In this document: piece after piece, positions 48,142-57,811 of the stretch
Position numbering within the stretch: position 1 is the stretch's first letter
How the letters are laid out: the number at the start of each line of letters is the position of its first letter
Virus record (IMG/VR): IMGVR_UViG_3300031963_000013
Length of the DNA: 64,000 nt
Reading direction: 5' to 3' (one strand)
Source of the DNA: a virus
Notes under the pieces: generated by a model
Seen by the model: only the letters and a program-made list of their open reading frames with translations
What the model was told of the DNA's origin: nothing
Database searches by the model: none
Translations under genes and position numbers: made by a program

Positions 48142-49189
48142 CAATTTCAATTTCACTTACTTCACAGATTACGAAAAAGACAAGTCTGTAAAGATCGGCA
48201 TCTCTGCCCTTGTGGGTAAGATCAGCAGACAGATCTCCTCTCATAAAGCCGGTTGGCCGACTATGATCGCTAATCAACTAAAGCACGCTGGGTATCCAAA
48301 CGTCACAGTTATTCACGATCAGAAAACGGATTGGTCGGAATACGATGTGATACTTTTAGAACACGGTATGGAGTTCAAGGGAACTTTCAATATCTTTGGA
48401 GGCGCCAACGACGAACTGTACGATCAAGTTAAAAGGATATTTGTGCAAGGCGTTAGAATGTACTCGCTTCACGTTGACATGCCGTTGATCGGTGACTTAA
48501 TTAAAGTTCGCCACAGAACGGGCACAGAACAGTTCAAAAGCCTGTTAGAGAAAGCTGACATGGTAAACAACGTGTGTGCTACTTCTATTCCTCGTGTAGA
48601 CTTCATCGAAAAGACAGACAAGTTGGTGTTTGGCGACTCACACTGCTTCAGTACTTACAGACCCGGTTGGATGGTGTGTAGGAACGACGGTATGACAATG
48701 TACGGTTGCTTGAATAGAGGATTGAAGTCTTACGTGTTTCCTTGGGTAAAAGAGCTCATCGTTTACATGGGTAACATAGACGTTCGTCACCATCTGATGA
48801 GACAGCAAGACCCAATCAAATCTATTGACGAAATGATGGCCGCTCTAGAGCAGCAACTGCTTGAACTCAATCTAGATTCTGTTACGTTGACTGAAGTACT
48901 GCCTATTGAGAACGTTTCTAGAAAGATCCCCAAAACTGGTTGGTACAAAAAGATGCCGTACTTCGGAACTTGGGAAGAGCGCTCAGCGTTGGCAAAGTAC
49001 ATAAGCGTAAAGCTCAACGAGATTGCAGAAAGAAACAAGTGGAACGTTTACAAAGTGCCTGCGATCTTCAAAAACGAGAACGCTGAATTGGACTTCAAAG
49101 TTATGGAGAGGCCACAATCTGTACACATCTCCAGGGAATTCCACTACTGGGACTACGAATTAGATCAACAAAACACAAGAATACAATAA
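48134..49189 (+). CDS. Two-domain protein with SGNH-like C-terminus
   Basis: VFGDSH, GNIDVRHH and SVHIS motifs. Confidence 0.55.
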   Translation: MDNNFNFTYFTDYEKDKSVKIGISALVGKISRQISSHKAGWPTMIANQLKHAGYPNVTVIHDQKTDWSEYDVILLEHGMEFKGTFNIFGGANDELYDQVKRIFVQGVRMYSLHVDMPLIGDLIKVRHRTGTEQFKSLLEKADMVNNVCATSIPRVDFIEKTDKLVFGDSHCFSTYRPGWMVCRNDGMTMYGCLNRGLKSYVFPWVKELIVYMGNIDVRHHLMRQQDPIKSIDEMMAALEQQLLELNLDSVTLTEVLPIENVSRKIPKTGWYKKMPYFGTWEERSALAKYISVKLNEIAERNKWNVYKVPAIFKNENAELDFKVMERPQSVHISREFHYWDYELDQQNTRIQ

Positions 49190-49192
49190 CAC

Positions 49193-50374
49193 ATGGACAA
49201 AAAAGCAATGAACAACGTCAAGTACCTAAAGATGACCAAGTACTACGACGAATTTTTGAAGTACTTTAGAATGGCCACTGTACAACAGGCCGAGTGCAAT
49301 TTAGGTAAGATCAGACACTGCGACTCAAGCGTAGAGGACGATCTGATGAAGCACGTTGAGCTGTACGATGTGGTCGAAAGAAAATACGCAGGATTCTCCC
49401 AGATTGTCAACGACTGCTTCTACGGTTTCACAGAGGACCATCCGTATTGGGACAAGATGAAGGACGGTATCATGTCAAAGCAGCGCGAAATCATATCTAA
49501 GAACTGGACTGGTAAACGCAATGTGTTTGGAGTGCGAGAGTGGATGTACCTTTTCTTGTTTCACCGTTTAACAGGCTCCGCTATCAACTATTCGATGAAG
49601 CCTTCAGGGTACCACAATACGCTTCTGTTCGATATGCACAAAGCCGACAACATACCGCAAATGGTACAGATCATTCAGCAAGCGATCAGACCGTTTTATA
49701 CGTCTATAGGTTACCAGTTCCCAAGCTTTCCTAAGCCCAAAGGCAGATACAAGCGTGGAGGAGACTACTTCCTTTGCGAATACGTACCGCAGTTGGCCGA
49801 GGACCTTACGAGGTTTTTAGAGCAGGGAGAAAAGAAAGACTTGCGTGAAGTAGGCGACTTCATGTTTAAGTGGAACAAAGACAGGGACCTCAGAGCTTTC
49901 AAATTCCAGTACGCCGCTGTTATCGCTGATATTGCCGATTGGTTCCCTGAGTTTGTGAACAGAGAGAGCCCGTTCTACTACGGCACAAACGCTATCGAAT
50001 GCATCGAGTATCTTGCTACCAAGTCTATCAAGATGCCAAAAGAGGACTTCTTAGACGCAGTAATGATGAAGATATACGAAGACACAGGTAGCTACCCGTA
50101 CAACGCAGAGGACGTTGCGTGCGATAGCATACGTTGGATCGAGAACTACGTTAAGCCTGGTGCAGACTACGATCACTTGGACTTCGACCACGTTTGGAAC
50201 AGTTCGAGCATTAAAGATCACCCTTACGGAAGACAAAAAGCTATGTTAGACCTTGGGTTGGTACCGAGTTTCAATGGTATCACCGAACATCCGTCAGACG
50301 ACAAAGTTATCAAGTCTTTAAATATGACAGAAGAACAATACAAACAACGAGTAAAAGAATACTACGGACTATGA
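49193..50374 (+). CDS. Putative amino-acid:DNA transferase (aGPT-Pplase-like) DNA-modification protein
   Basis: Helical protein with FHR..GS and a C-terminal E-D-x-x-C motif (NAEDVACD); family match is from memory only. Confidence 0.45.
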   Translation: MDKKAMNNVKYLKMTKYYDEFLKYFRMATVQQAECNLGKIRHCDSSVEDDLMKHVELYDVVERKYAGFSQIVNDCFYGFTEDHPYWDKMKDGIMSKQREIISKNWTGKRNVFGVREWMYLFLFHRLTGSAINYSMKPSGYHNTLLFDMHKADNIPQMVQIIQQAIRPFYTSIGYQFPSFPKPKGRYKRGGDYFLCEYVPQLAEDLTRFLEQGEKKDLREVGDFMFKWNKDRDLRAFKFQYAAVIADIADWFPEFVNRESPFYYGTNAIECIEYLATKSIKMPKEDFLDAVMMKIYEDTGSYPYNAEDVACDSIRWIENYVKPGADYDHLDFDHVWNSSSIKDHPYGRQKAMLDLGLVPSFNGITEHPSDDKVIKSLNMTEEQYKQRVKEYYGL

Positions 50375-50559
50375 GCAATACAGAAACAAAAAAAGACAGA
50401 GTAGAGATCTCTGAACTGGTTGAATTCTATTACCAAGCTGGAGATGATTACCAACTCTGGGATGAAACGGAAAGCGGGCCTTATCCGATAGACCGCATGC
50501 TAACAGCTTTTAAAAACTTTCTAAACCAATACAACCATGGCCAACATAATATACAATAA
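50371..50559 (+). CDS. Hypothetical protein
   Basis: Overlaps both neighbours. Confidence 0.55.
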   Translation: MSNTETKKDRVEISELVEFYYQAGDDYQLWDETESGPYPIDRMLTAFKNFLNQYNHGQHNIQ

Positions 50560-51532
50560 CACGTGCGAAGTACCCTTTAAGGGAAAGAAACCGCAAAGAT
50601 CATGGATGAAGGATTGGACCGAAGAGGAACGCATAGACAAGTTCTTCGAGTTCTGTCACAAGTTCGACGACAGACAGGACGATCTACTAAAAAATGAGTA
50701 CCAGATATTCTCCCACCGCCTACACTGGCACGAACACCCGTACTGCGAGTACATGAAAGAGATAGTAAGTAACAAAGCGAGACTGTTCTATACGCTTGTG
50801 TTCTCCTTTACTAACGAACACTGGGGCACATTTATGAAGCTTTATGACGGGGGTATAGAAGCAACAAGAGAACACTTCAAAGAGAACAGACACGCTCGCA
50901 ACGACCTGTTTCAGATATATTACCCTAAGGGTACAAACGTAAAAGAGTGGGTGTTGGAAGGACCCAAGCAAGCAGCTGAAGATCTGTATCACGTGTTGGA
51001 CGAAGTAGAAAGGGGAGTAAGACCCAAGTTCACGATGATGGGCTTTGCTAAACTGTTAGAGTCGTATTTCAAAGAACACCAGAAGTTCAGAAGCCCGCTT
51101 TACCCCTGTAAGAACACGGCCAGATATGTAGCGATGTCTTACCCGCACTTGGTCGATCCAGAGTCGATACTATTTGGAGGTACTGGCCACTTCGACGGAC
51201 TTCACCAGATATTCGATGGTCAGAACTTAAACGGTAAAGTTAAGTACAGCGTAAACTCAGCGGGAGAATTTATACCAGAAAACAAACAGGCGCACGAGTG
51301 GTTGAGACAGATGAAAGTGCTGGTTGAACACCCTAAGAACCCTATGGTGTCACAAAAGTACTTGAATGTAGAAGATAAAACTTGCTTTTTTTGGAAGCAC
51401 ATAGCAATATCTCACGGAGAAAAGCGTCCTACTAAAAATATTCCTTACACTTGGATATTCAATGATAAGTTCAATTTAGGTAATAGACCCGAATTCTTAG
51501 AAGGCATTAAAGATAGGTGTCTAATGTATTAA
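50537..51532 (+). CDS. Second putative aGPT-Pplase-like protein
   Basis: DDLLKNEY..F.HR, FSFTNEHW and NVEDKTCFFWK. Confidence 0.4.
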   Translation: MANIIYNNTCEVPFKGKKPQRSWMKDWTEEERIDKFFEFCHKFDDRQDDLLKNEYQIFSHRLHWHEHPYCEYMKEIVSNKARLFYTLVFSFTNEHWGTFMKLYDGGIEATREHFKENRHARNDLFQIYYPKGTNVKEWVLEGPKQAAEDLYHVLDEVERGVRPKFTMMGFAKLLESYFKEHQKFRSPLYPCKNTARYVAMSYPHLVDPESILFGGTGHFDGLHQIFDGQNLNGKVKYSVNSAGEFIPENKQAHEWLRQMKVLVEHPKNPMVSQKYLNVEDKTCFFWKHIAISHGEKRPTKNIPYTWIFNDKFNLGNRPEFLEGIKDRCLMY

Positions 51533-51555
51533 TTGAATATTTATTAAAAACTCTT

Positions 51556-52107
51556 ATGATAAAGTTAACTAACTTAGTAAACGAGGCTTATGGATCTACA
51601 AAGTTAAGCGCTGATATAGAAAACTGGGCAAATAGTAAAGGATTAAACTTTAAAAAGCTGTCTGCAAAAAAATCCCCTGGTAATTACGGAGCGAGCATAT
51701 CGAATACATTTTTACAAGTCGGTGACAAATATGTATTAGTGAGATACGAAACAGTACCAGGAGCACCAAGATTGAATCAGTTACGGTTTTTCATTTTAGA
51801 TAAACCAGATCTATCAGCTAAAGTATTAGCGAGCGCTGATTATGTTGAAGATTTTGGATACGTACAATCTGCGTTAGAAAAAGCTATATCTGCTAGTGGT
51901 AAAGAAGCCGAAAATTGGAACGTAAAATCAAAGCTTGACAAATTCATAAGAGACTTATCAAAAGATAAAAAATACAATAAGTTCTCCGACGCACAAGCTG
52001 GTGATATGGCACAGTCTATATTAGACGACAACGAAGGCCTCGAAAGAGCAATTCAACAAATATATAAAGTGAGTGATGCCGCAGGATGGTTAGCGGATAG
52101 ACTATAG
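51556..52107 (+). CDS. Putative late/internal virion protein
   Basis: ATATTTAT at 51537 and MIKLTNLVNE N-terminus. Confidence 0.5.
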   Translation: MIKLTNLVNEAYGSTKLSADIENWANSKGLNFKKLSAKKSPGNYGASISNTFLQVGDKYVLVRYETVPGAPRLNQLRFFILDKPDLSAKVLASADYVEDFGYVQSALEKAISASGKEAENWNVKSKLDKFIRDLSKDKKYNKFSDAQAGDMAQSILDDNEGLERAIQQIYKVSDAAGWLADRL

Positions 52108-52126
52108 TCACCAAAAAATTTAAGTA

Positions 52127-52190
52127 TTGGAAACCAATCAGTTATAACCAATTGATAACCAATGCGCCCAAGACACACCAGGAGCTCACC
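52127..52190 (-). repeat. Inverted copy of the TGAGCTCC plus TTG-N5-CAA element
   Basis: Boxes at 52127 and 52152 (25 bp apart); the reverse strand reads TAACTGATTGGTTTCCAA. Confidence 0.65.
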
Positions 52191-52204
52191 AGAGCTCCTT
52201 TTTT
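52181..52204 (+). terminator. Hairpin terminator GGAGCTC-ACCA-GAGCTCC-T6
   Basis: An identical 24-mer occurs at 54591. Confidence 0.7.
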
Positions 52205-52379
52205 AGGGCCTATACGTTATCCTATCCCAATAAACACATTCGAATTGGGAGTTACGGGTGAGTATTTGGGAGAGTCTGTGTTTTTTGGATAGCAAAGCAT
52301 ATTTATTGACGGAATGGTTATAGTGTTAATTGCATTGTAGCCATTTTTTTTGTAACAACTCATCGTAAACCTCTAACCT

Positions 52380-52652
52380 ATGAAAAACTTTTTATCCAAC
52401 CTGTTCAGAGATGGCAATGACATCAATGAAAAATCTGTAATTGGTTTTGCGTCCTTTCTAATGATGATAATATTTGCTGTAGTAGATATAATTACAGGGT
52501 ACATGGGCAAACAGCTCTTGATTAACGATTTTATTTTCAATTCATTTTTGATTATGACTTTAGGCGCTTTTGGTATAGCGTCTGTAGACAAGTTTATCAA
52601 TACAAAATACCAAAATAAAACCGAAGAAACACCACAAGAAGAAAACCTATAA
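52380..52652 (+). CDS. Putative holin (two TM segments)
   Basis: Two TM helices and a charged tail; upstream of the endolysin. Confidence 0.55.
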   Translation: MKNFLSNLFRDGNDINEKSVIGFASFLMMIIFAVVDIITGYMGKQLLINDFIFNSFLIMTLGAFGIASVDKFINTKYQNKTEETPQEENL

Positions 52653-52654
52653 CC

Positions 52655-52957
52655 ATGGCAACAAAAAAATCAGCAGTAGAAGCAGTAGCCGGTACAGTAA
52701 AACCGCCTATCAGCTTTAAAGAGTTTGCGAAAGAACCGGTAAAGGGACTCATGTTCATCTGCATCATCGCGGTTGGATACCTTTATGTAGACATCAAAAT
52801 GAGCAACTCTTCTACGCAAAAAGCGCAAAACGAAAAGATCCAGAAACTAGAAGCAAAGATCGATGAGTTGACAAACGCTCTCAGAAAATCTGATAGCACG
52901 TTAGCCGCTGCAGCTTCCAAAATAACCGTATTACAACAACTAGGTAAAATACAATAA
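52655..52957 (+). CDS. TM plus coiled-coil protein (i-spanin/holin-like)
   Basis: One TM segment followed by a coiled coil, in the lysis module. Confidence 0.45.
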   Translation: MATKKSAVEAVAGTVKPPISFKEFAKEPVKGLMFICIIAVGYLYVDIKMSNSSTQKAQNEKIQKLEAKIDELTNALRKSDSTLAAAASKITVLQQLGKIQ

Positions 52958-52958
52958 C

Positions 52959-53345
52959 ATGAAAATATTTTATTTATTATTATTGTCTTTAGTAGCAAGT
53001 TGTTCATCACACCAAATCAAAACAGAAACCAACTATGAAAAAGCTGATTCAATTATACAAAGTAGTAAAGCCACTGTTATCAAAAGCGACAGCATTGATA
53101 GACGAAGCGAAAAAGCTATTAACAAAAAAATAACCCAAACGGTATTTAAAATAAAGACGCTAGAGAACGAGATAATTATAGTTAAAGGCGCATTGGATCA
53201 GGCCACAAAAAACCCAACTGTGATTAGGGTGGTAGATACGGTGTACATAGAAAGGAAGAAGAACTTTTGGGGGAAAGAAAAGACGACTGTAACAATCAAC
53301 TCGGACAGCACAAGTGTGGCCGACACTACGTTTCAAAACAAATAA
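52959..53345 (+). CDS. Lipoprotein (spanin-like)
   Basis: LLLLSLVASC lipobox. Confidence 0.5.
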   Translation: MKIFYLLLLSLVASCSSHQIKTETNYEKADSIIQSSKATVIKSDSIDRRSEKAINKKITQTVFKIKTLENEIIIVKGALDQATKNPTVIRVVDTVYIERKKNFWGKEKTTVTINSDSTSVADTTFQNK

Positions 53346-53357
53346 AAACAATAAAGT

Positions 53358-53957
53358 ATGGACTTAAACAAACTGAAGGGACACGTTCCCGACACTGTTA
53401 TCGCACAGTTACCCGACACAATCGCAAAATTCGAACTAAACACTCCCCTTCGCTTGGCGCACTTCTTAGCCCAAGCGGGCCACGAGAGCGGTGGCTTCAA
53501 AGCAGTAAACGAGAATCTAAACTACGGCGCAAAAGGCCTTTTGGGAATATTCAAGAAGTATTTCCCCACGCCTGAGAAGGCAGCTTTGTACGAGCGCAAG
53601 CCCGAAAAGATCGCTAACTTGGTGTACGGTGGTAGAATGGGTAACGGACCAGAAGCGTCCGGTGAGGGTTGGAAATTTCGCGGCCGTGGATACATTCAAT
53701 TAACCGGTAAAGACAACTACAAGGCGTTCGACGCTGTTGTAGCAGAATCTATTGTAGATAACCCGGATTTGGTAGCCACTAAATACCCGTTGTTATCAGC
53801 TGCTTGGTTCTTTCACAAAAACGGACTACACAAGATAGCCGATCAGGGCGCTACCGACGCTGTCGTAACTTCTGTTACAAAGCGCGTTAACGGTGGAACC
53901 ATAGGACTACCCGATCGCATAAAGCACTTCAAAGAGTATTACAATCTTTTAAAATAG
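53358..53957 (+). CDS. GH19 endolysin
   Basis: LAHFLAQAGHESGG, ENLNY, FRGRGYIQLTGKDNY, SAAWFF and VNGG motifs. Confidence 0.92.
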   Translation: MDLNKLKGHVPDTVIAQLPDTIAKFELNTPLRLAHFLAQAGHESGGFKAVNENLNYGAKGLLGIFKKYFPTPEKAALYERKPEKIANLVYGGRMGNGPEASGEGWKFRGRGYIQLTGKDNYKAFDAVVAESIVDNPDLVATKYPLLSAAWFFHKNGLHKIADQGATDAVVTSVTKRVNGGTIGLPDRIKHFKEYYNLLK

Positions 53958-53961
53958 ACCG

Positions 53962-54567
53962 ATGAATAGGCTTCAAAAGTTTTCGATAGGCCTTGTTTTT
54001 TTAGCTCTGTGTTCTTTCCAGCAAAAAAATTCACTCGGTAAAAGCGCGTTAAGAGACTCTGTATTGGTAAAATCCGATATATTCACGATAATGTACTCTG
54101 AGACGTTCGAACAACCGTTGTGGATAAGATATACGGTTAAGTGCCCAAAGGGGAACGCTTCCAGGTCTGGTATGAACTTTTACACGAACGACACTGTGCA
54201 CACTTCGAACGATCTAGATTACGCAAACAACGTGTACGATAAGGGACACATGGCACCCGCTGCCGATTTCAACTGTAACACAGACATGTTGAGGAAGACT
54301 TTTAGTTACATCAACTGCGCGCTACAGGACCAGTATTTGAATAGGGGCGTTTGGAGATTTTTGGAAGCTTACGAGAGGGAGTTGGCTGTGAACGGAGAAG
54401 TTAACGTTCTCATCACAGTGAATTTCGGATCTACAAGGTTGGCTTCCGGAGCAATAGTACCGCTGTCTTTCAAAAAACAAATATCTTACCAAGGTAAAAC
54501 AGAGTGCTATTTATTCCTTAACGAAAAACCTAGGAGCTCCAATTTTTTGGACTATAAGTGTAAGTAG
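53962..54567 (+). CDS. Secreted DNA/RNA non-specific endonuclease (NucA-like)
   Basis: YDKGHMAPAAD, TFSYIN, LNRGVW..LE; N-terminal signal or lipobox. Confidence 0.88.
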   Translation: MNRLQKFSIGLVFLALCSFQQKNSLGKSALRDSVLVKSDIFTIMYSETFEQPLWIRYTVKCPKGNASRSGMNFYTNDTVHTSNDLDYANNVYDKGHMAPAADFNCNTDMLRKTFSYINCALQDQYLNRGVWRFLEAYERELAVNGEVNVLITVNFGSTRLASGAIVPLSFKKQISYQGKTECYLFLNEKPRSSNFLDYKCK

Positions 54568-54590
54568 ACGTACAACACCACAACGTAATG

Positions 54591-54614
54591 GGAGCTCACC
54601 AGAGCTCCTTTTTT
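54591..54614 (+). terminator. Hairpin terminator between convergent units
   Basis: Identical to 52181-52204. Confidence 0.7.
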
Positions 54615-54635
54615 ATTGAGTATGGTTATTGCGTG

Positions 54636-55121
54636 TTAATAAATACTGTCTGATGGTGCGCTCTGGTGCAGATCTGGATCTGGTTTAACGTCCCTTCTGT
54701 AGTATCTTCCTGCTATCGTATCGTTGTAAGAGTCTACGTGAAGCACTTTTAATTTGTGTTGCCACTGTTCTTCGTAGTAAGTGCACTGCTTTTTGTTGAA
54801 ACAGAACTCTAGTATTTCCCTGTGAAAGTGTTGTAGACCCATGAGTTTAATGTCCTCCTGCAGGTTCTTGTTGCTACCGTTGTAGTCGGACCAGTTGCTT
54901 TCTTTCCTCTCTTTCTTTTTCTTTGGAATGCGCCCTGGTTTGTCCCAGTTCTCTGTTTCTTTTTTTGTAAGCTTCTTTGTGAGTGTATTGAACAGCGTTT
55001 TCTTTCCTACGTAGATCTTACCGTTTGTGGTATTGGTGATCATGTATACAAAACCTACGCAGCCTTCGGGGAATTGGGAGAGACTCTCTATCTCTATACC
55101 CTCGTATAACCATTTTTGCAT
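54636..55121 (-). CDS. GIY-YIG (Seg-like) nuclease family protein
   Basis: GFVYMITN..NGKIYVGKK, ESNW..Y.GS and FHREIL. Confidence 0.8.
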   Translation of the reverse strand: MQKWLYEGIEIESLSQFPEGCVGFVYMITNTTNGKIYVGKKTLFNTLTKKLTKKETENWDKPGRIPKKKKERKESNWSDYNGSNKNLQEDIKLMGLQHFHREILEFCFNKKQCTYYEEQWQHKLKVLHVDSYNDTIAGRYYRRDVKPDPDLHQSAPSDSIY

Positions 55122-55145
55122 TAACTTCTTTTTATATAAATATGA

Positions 55146-56048
55146 TTAACTGTCCCAACGCACCACGAACGTTAAATCGGTGTTAGACGGTATTGACGTT
55201 GGATTGCCAAGCTTACCAACCAACAGTAGCTCGTTTTGTTGATTGTACAGACCCACTGTTGTAGCGTACGGCCTAAAATCCGAACCAGTGACAGCGTCTA
55301 TGTAAGATCCGGTCGATCCCGCCTTGTTTGCGCTTGGGTTTAAAGTGTAATTGAAATCGTTTTCGGAAACTCTGCATCTTACGGTGTTTTCGTATATCGT
55401 AGATTCGGCGTAAAAGTTCAAAGAGTTCAAAGAGTTCAGCAAATCTTCGTAGTTTCCGTCTGTTATAATCGCCATGCCTTGCGAATAGATTATGTTTCCC
55501 ACGTGACTACCCGTAACGATGTACGTAGGCATCAACTCAAAATAATTATTTGGGTTGCTGAAGTAGTTGTTTTTGGAAAAGTTTAACAGTTGGGTGTTGT
55601 TCGTTATGTCTACTAGATTTCCGTTTCCGTCGTCAGTGATGTAACCCAGTGATGAAGAAACTACAAAACTGTATCTAGCTATGTTCTCTCCGTACTTCTC
55701 CCTTGGTATCGATATTGCTGTTGCTAAAGAGCCTGGTCCAACAGGATATGCCCTCCTATCAGCGTCCAAAGCTCCTGATGCCGCAGTTGATTGTAACCAA
55801 TTTTCGTACATCGAAGAGGAGTTTGGAAAGTGGTTGTTAAAGAACCTTGAATAGTAGAGGTGCTTTATAGACAAGTAGTTTATTGAATCTTGATTGATGT
55901 TTCCTGAGAGCGATATTGACCCGCTCTCGCCCCTAAACGTAGTGATGCTGCTGCCTGATATCGACCCCGAAAACGAAGACGAATATCTAAGTTTTATGGG
56001 CACAACAGTAACGTCTGATGCGTACAGTGTATTTGAAGATAAACTCAT
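55146..56048 (-). CDS. Putative virion structural protein
   Basis: C-terminus FNYTLNPS...TTVGLYN..NELL.VGKL..P is paralogous to the adjacent gene. Confidence 0.6.
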   Translation of the reverse strand: MSLSSNTLYASDVTVVPIKLRYSSSFSGSISGSSITTFRGESGSISLSGNINQDSINYLSIKHLYYSRFFNNHFPNSSSMYENWLQSTAASGALDADRRAYPVGPGSLATAISIPREKYGENIARYSFVVSSSLGYITDDGNGNLVDITNNTQLLNFSKNNYFSNPNNYFELMPTYIVTGSHVGNIIYSQGMAIITDGNYEDLLNSLNSLNFYAESTIYENTVRCRVSENDFNYTLNPSANKAGSTGSYIDAVTGSDFRPYATTVGLYNQQNELLLVGKLGNPTSIPSNTDLTFVVRWDS

Positions 56049-56054
56049 GAGATT

Positions 56055-57074
56055 TTACCAATCTAATTTCACTCTTATCAACATCTCTTTCGTGAAGTCC
56101 TTTGTAAGAGGTTTAGACAATTTTGCTACAGCCAATAGATCGTTGTTTTCATTATAAAGGCCAACAGTTGTTGGGTAAGTTTGTGGACTGTTTATAAAAT
56201 TGCTGTAAATCAATTCCCCAGAGCCAGTCAAGAACGATGGGTTTGTAGTGTAGTTGTAGTCTGCGTTTCTAACCCTAACAAACACGTAGTTCGAAGAAAT
56301 CGTCTCTTGAGACAAAAGTTGAAAAGAAGATCCTGAAGATATAGATTCAAAAACCAAGTTATTATTTACCGTGTTTAATGCGCTAGCAGAATAAAAAGGT
56401 ATAGCAATACCGCCCGATGCTGCTGTAAGCGCTAACGCCCTTGGATTAAGAAGTATGGTTCCGATGTCTGGTAAGAACAGTCCGTAAGATCCCGATACTG
56501 TGTAACCATTTGTTGAAGCACCTAACGGCGCAGTAACATTAGCTGAAGTGCCGTTTGAACCTGAAACTACTTGAAACACTCTTCCGCAATCCAAGTAAGA
56601 TATTACTGTGGTATCGTTAGAGTTGTCAGTCAATCTCAAAGGACTATTGGTTCCGTATCCAAGTCTCAAATTGAAAGTACCAGGCATTAGGCTCTCTTTG
56701 TACCTGCTTCTGTCTACAGTTATAGCGATCAGATCGTAAGCGTCTGTGTTTCCGGTACCGAAGTTTACGCTCGATTCAGCGTCACCGTATATCAGATTTC
56801 TGAACTGACCGAAGTTTATTCTGGTCGGAGTGTTCTGTGTCACCAAAGGATTGATGGGTACCGAACCCGACGCATCTTTTCTACCGTAAGCGATAGAGAA
56901 CTGGATGGCAGCGTTTATCTGACTAGAACCGGTATTATACACGTCAAGGTAGTAATTGCCTTGCGAAGCTGTAAAGAATGATGATAGCGTAGGTATGTTA
57001 CTACTCCAAGCCGGAGCTGTTACCGAATCGGCCGATACTACGAAATCGTTTGGATCCAATGCTGTGAATGACAT
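56055..57074 (-). CDS. Putative virion structural protein
   Basis: YNYTTNPSF...TTVGLYNENNDLLAVAKLSKPL...RVKLD, resembling tail-collar/baseplate domains. Confidence 0.6.
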   Translation of the reverse strand: MSFTALDPNDFVVSADSVTAPAWSSNIPTLSSFFTASQGNYYLDVYNTGSSQINAAIQFSIAYGRKDASGSVPINPLVTQNTPTRINFGQFRNLIYGDAESSVNFGTGNTDAYDLIAITVDRSRYKESLMPGTFNLRLGYGTNSPLRLTDNSNDTTVISYLDCGRVFQVVSGSNGTSANVTAPLGASTNGYTVSGSYGLFLPDIGTILLNPRALALTAASGGIAIPFYSASALNTVNNNLVFESISSGSSFQLLSQETISSNYVFVRVRNADYNYTTNPSFLTGSGELIYSNFINSPQTYPTTVGLYNENNDLLAVAKLSKPLTKDFTKEMLIRVKLDW

Positions 57075-57094
57075 ATTTCTTGTTTATTGTGTTG

Positions 57095-57754
57095 TTATAT
57101 ATTTGTTTTTGTTATCTGCACAGGGATCGATATTCTAGCTCCTGAGTCTCTACCCGTTACGATGAGAGTTGTGTACAGAGTCGTTTGGTTACCGAACAGC
57201 GTATTCACTGTAGTAGCAGTTAGGTTGATGGTTGTACCTATAACAGTCTTGCTAACGTTTGTGCCTACGGTTGTTGTGGCGTTTAACGATGTTGCTTCAG
57301 CTGTATTGATACCAACTCCTGTGAAAGTACTCATCGTTCTAACGTCGCCGATTGTTGCTACGTAACCTGAAGCTTCAAACTGGGTGGTAGAAGACAGATA
57401 ATTCAAGGTCTGTGGAGTTATCGATAGAGATGCACCTTGCTTTAGTATGATTGTATTGTAAGGTATGCTAATCACAGGTAGTTTAGCGGTTCCCCTTGGA
57501 AGGGTTATGAGCTTATATTTCATGATCTCCTCGTCGTTGGGGAAAGCCTGCAACACTGGCATGGCTTCGATCGCCTCTCCGTAAAACGCTGAACCGGAAG
57601 GGTGGGTTGGGTTGTAAAGTGAATAGTCCACTTCGTCGTCTGATAGCGAGAATTGGGTTATTCTAAAAGATCCATCGTTTCTAGAAAGAGCCTCTCTTCC
57701 TTTTTTGGTCAGTATAGCGTCTACTACAACTGATGTTTGACTTAAATAAGACAT
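57095..57754 (-). CDS. Putative virion structural protein
   Basis: VDAILTKKGRE...ITQFSLSDDEVDY; late promoter upstream. Confidence 0.6.
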   Translation of the reverse strand: MSYLSQTSVVVDAILTKKGREALSRNDGSFRITQFSLSDDEVDYSLYNPTHPSGSAFYGEAIEAMPVLQAFPNDEEIMKYKLITLPRGTAKLPVISIPYNTIILKQGASLSITPQTLNYLSSTTQFEASGYVATIGDVRTMSTFTGVGINTAEATSLNATTTVGTNVSKTVIGTTINLTATTVNTLFGNQTTLYTTLIVTGRDSGARISIPVQITKTNI

Positions 57755-57811
57755 GATAAATTTGCTTTAAATATAAATATAATGTTTTTCGATTCTTGTT
57801 TCACAAATATC

